From Eledone cirrhosa (Eukaryota): a stretch of DNA of 64,000 nucleotides. Shown here piece by piece: positions 60,591 to 64,000 of the stretch (the first letter of the stretch is position 1; each line of letters begins with the position of its first letter). The stretch spans positions 33,666,001-33,730,000 of the forward strand of contig OZ024756.1 of the NCBI GenBank assembly GCA_964016885.1, in the 5' to 3' direction. The notes beneath the pieces are model-generated. The model ran no database searches. It saw nothing but the letters and a program-made list of their open reading frames with translations, and was not told the DNA's origin. The position numbers and the translations under genes were made by a program.

Positions 60591-60845
60591 CATATATATA
60601 TATATATATACATACATATATATATATATATATTTATATATGTATATATGTATGTATTCTGTGTGTCTGCTTGCTTGTGAGAAGAGTGATGAACTAAATA
60701 ATTTATATATATATGATGTGGATGTATATGTGTGCGTATGTATGTGTGTCTGTATGTATGTGCATGGGTGTATGTATGTGTGTATGTGTATGTATGGGTG
60801 TATGTGTGTGAGTGTGTGTTTCTGTGTATATGTGCGTGTGTGAGG
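59654..60845. repeat. Long compound (TA)n/(TACA)n/(TG)n tract
   Basis: About 1.2 kb, directly visible. Confidence 0.95.
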
Positions 60846-61040
60846 GTTATGAAAAATGATGAAGTTAATATCAACCATAATATTTAAAAAAACATTCCAC
60901 CATTTTCAATTGTTTTCCGTTTTCCTTCATTTTTTCTGTGACGTAAGCGATATGGCTAAATGAATAAAGTTCATGCAACAGTCTCGGTCACCATTCCTCT
61001 CGTTTTAAGCCCCTGATAGAAATCGGCCCTTGCATTACAT

Positions 61041-61219
61041 AATTGTTTCTACTTTAGGCACAAGGCCAGCAATTACCCAGTACATTACTGGTACTTTATT
61101 TTATCGACCCCGTAAGGATGAAAGGCAAAGGTAACCTCGGCGGGATTTGAACTCAGACTGTAAAGGGACGTAACTATGCTAGAAAGCATGGCGTCCAACC
61201 CTCTACCGATACTGCCAAT
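61041..61219 (-). mobile_element. SINE family A
   Basis: Matches the consensus in reverse complement; CATAAT at both junctions. Confidence 0.92.
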
Positions 61220-61305
61220 TCATAATATCACAAAAAAATTTTTTTTTTCAATTTGAATACGCTGAATATTTCTTGATGATTGTGCACCAGTATGCTCACA
61301 GACCA

Positions 61306-61585
61306 GGCGGTGAATTGGCAGAATCGTTAGAACGTAGTATAGAATGCTTTATGGTATTCGTTCTTACTCCCTGCTCTCTGAGTTCAAATAGAGCCGAGGT
61401 CAACTTTGCCTTTCATCCTTTCGAGATCAACAAAAAAGTACCAGTGTAGTACTGAGGTCGATTCTTCCTCAGTATATCTCTCTCATTTCCTCTCTCTAAC
61501 TTTCTATCTTTCTCTGGAAGAAATCTGCTGTACTCAAGCCTGGAGAGGAATGGGCGCTGCGAGGCTTAAAATAATCAAGAAACGC
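61306..61585 (+). mobile_element. SINE family B
   Basis: GGCGGTGAATTGGCAGAATCGTTAG head, CTGAGTTCAAAT B box, CT-rich body, GGAGAGGAATGGG. Confidence 0.75.
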
Positions 61586-61887
61586 TGTATGGAGTTAATT
61601 ATAAAGAATTAGTATATATCCAAATTATTTTGTTGAGCAAAAGTTTGCCTGAATTACTACTATGGTTCATAGTATTAGTTTGGCTACTGTCTTTTAAACA
61701 CCCCACTCCTCACTGATTAACCTCGATGTCACGTGATTGATTCTTTTGAATTTGCCACTGACCAGAAAGGCAGTGAAATGTTCAATGTCTTGGAATTTAG
61801 TCCGCGCTTGCTTTTTTCCATCCACTGAATTATTTTTGTATGAGTTCCCTGTGTCCGCGTATTGCCAGGAATCTTAGCCAATAATGT

Positions 61888-61967
61888 CTCCCTGATGAAG
61901 AAAGGATTCTCCATGGTCTCCATTTGCAGACTATGTATATTCCCTTTCAGAAACTAATTAGTTGGAG
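61888..61967 (+). ncRNA. Type I hammerhead ribozyme motif (family H, second copy)
   Basis: CTCC-CTGATGA-AGAAAGG...CCTTTCA-GAAA-CTAATTAG-TT-GGAG. Flanks 61845-62090 align to the reverse complement of 24050-24300. Confidence 0.8.
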
Positions 61968-62133
61968 TGAAATTTAAGTAAGTAAGTTAATTACTATCAT
62001 TTTCTTATTTTACGTATTTTATATAATTGTTCTACATCTCTTTGTATTGACCCACAAAGTTACTAAGACAAACCTACATCTTTACTAGCGTAAGTATACA
62101 TCTCGTATAAATATGTTGGTAGATATACTAATT

Positions 62134-62206
<73 letters not shown>

Positions 62207-62671
62207 TATATGTATAAATATGTATGCATGTGTATGTATATGCGTGGGGGCATAGAAATAGTCGGGCTGAATACATAGATATATACATACATACATGCTC
62301 ATACACCAACATATGAAATGAGTGAAAGCGGTAAATGAAATGATACATAATTACTGTTTACTAAGAACTACTTATTGTACCGTAGTTCCTTATAGTAGCT
62401 AATATATCTCCAATATTGTTTGTAATGATTCAATTATTTATCAAATAAGAAACCTACAAATTCAAAGAAACAATAACACAATATGTGGAATCATTCTGCA
62501 ATGTATAGCATTAGGAAATGTCTACATGCATGAGACCAAATCATATTTAGTAGATATGTAACTTGTATATAGCTGCATATAGCATTTTGTGAGATTTGGG
62601 GCTATATATGTCAGCTGAAAGAAATTACTGCTCGATAATACAATCATTCACACTACTTTCTTTGTTACATA

Positions 62672-62737
<66 letters not shown>

Positions 62738-63189
62738 GGTGTCGTTTCGTAGCCGCGTGGAGTATAACGATAAAAATGCATAAACAGCAAATTCCAAATT
62801 GTTCCCGCCGATACAACACATTATCAAAAAGTAATATAAAGTGAAATAAACTCAGAGATAGTATTTTATTGTTAGCAAACCTTTTCTGAAATTACACGCA
62901 TGAACATGCACACACACACACACACATACACACACATACACACACACACACATACTGCACACAGTCAAAAATTCACTCGCAAGCAGACACACACACATAT
63001 ATATATACATACTTACATGCACACGTGTGCTCACATATTTATATACATACATAAACGTTTGTCTAAAACCAACCTCAACACTAGAACATTCATATAAGAT
63101 TGTTTTATAATATATTTCCAATTCGAATGCAAAGAGTGATCTATAATAGTAGGTATATTGCTGCAAGCAATATATATTTCATTAATAAT

Positions 63190-63245
<56 letters not shown>

Positions 63246-63437
63246 TATATGCGTATGTATACATGTATATACAAAGGCTAAACATATGTTTATGTACTTG
63301 TATATGTACGTATATATACTCAGACATACACACTTACAGGCACACATATATATACGTGCGTGTATTTTGGTGCCTTTGTGCGTTTATGCCTGCTTGATTG
63401 AGGTGTGGTTGGGTAGATATGAATCGTAGAAACATAG

Positions 63438-63535
<98 letters not shown>

Positions 63536-64000
63536 CTTGTTTCTGAACAGAATATTAGAAGCTATGAAATATTAGTCGTCAAAAGACTGTATATTGGATT
63601 TTCTTTGAACACTGTTATGTCTAAGTATAACTCTATATGATATTTGCCAAGTTTTAAAGTCGCAAGGTGAAAGCGTTCATTTTCCTAGAAATGGACCGTT
63701 TGATGTCGAGATTCGCGCCAAGCTAAAACAGTGCCGGCCATTTTTACTTCAATGTTAAAAGATGTCGTATATTTTATAAATTGGCAGGTTACCAAAACAA
63801 TCATTACTTACCATTAATTTGAATATTCTTCCGAAACCCAGCAACTAAGGGCTATTATTTGTAAAACTACATTGCAAAATTGAGCAAACATTCACAAGTG
63901 AATAATATTTCAAGAATGAATTCTCTTCCTTCCTGTAATATACATTAATACAAATCACATTGCGTACATTTAATGTGCTAGGATTAATTTTGGCATAGTT

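Overview
This is a very AT-rich eukaryotic genomic window, most likely intergenic or intronic. It is saturated with (TA)n, (TG)n, (GATA)n, (TAA)n and (GAA)n microsatellites, and its SINE repertoire resembles that of octopus/cephalopod genomes (inference from recognition, no search run). I find no convincing host protein-coding exon; almost every listed ORF is a microsatellite artefact. Real content: (i) many tRNA-derived SINE copies from at least three families, several with clear 12-19 bp target-site duplications; (ii) LINE remnants: a Tx1/L1-like ORF2 end with a CCHC zinc knuckle, two Dong/R4-like 3' ends in (TAA)n, RTE-like pieces and two CRE-like 3' ends; (iii) a non-autonomous Helitron-like element and two MITEs; (iv) a 2.7-kb 30-bp minisatellite made of Pol III A-box-like units and fused to a SINE head, with higher-order structure. 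The most notable signal is a set of short, ORF-less elements that mostly sit in (TA)n tracts, usually form asymmetric inverted repeats, and carry minimal type I hammerhead-ribozyme folds with palindromic stem III, the signature of Penelope-like element termini/retrozymes. One family shows compensatory base changes between two copies, and another has hairpin arms that share copy-specific variants. All structures were folded by eye, and coordinates of diverged repeats are approximate.
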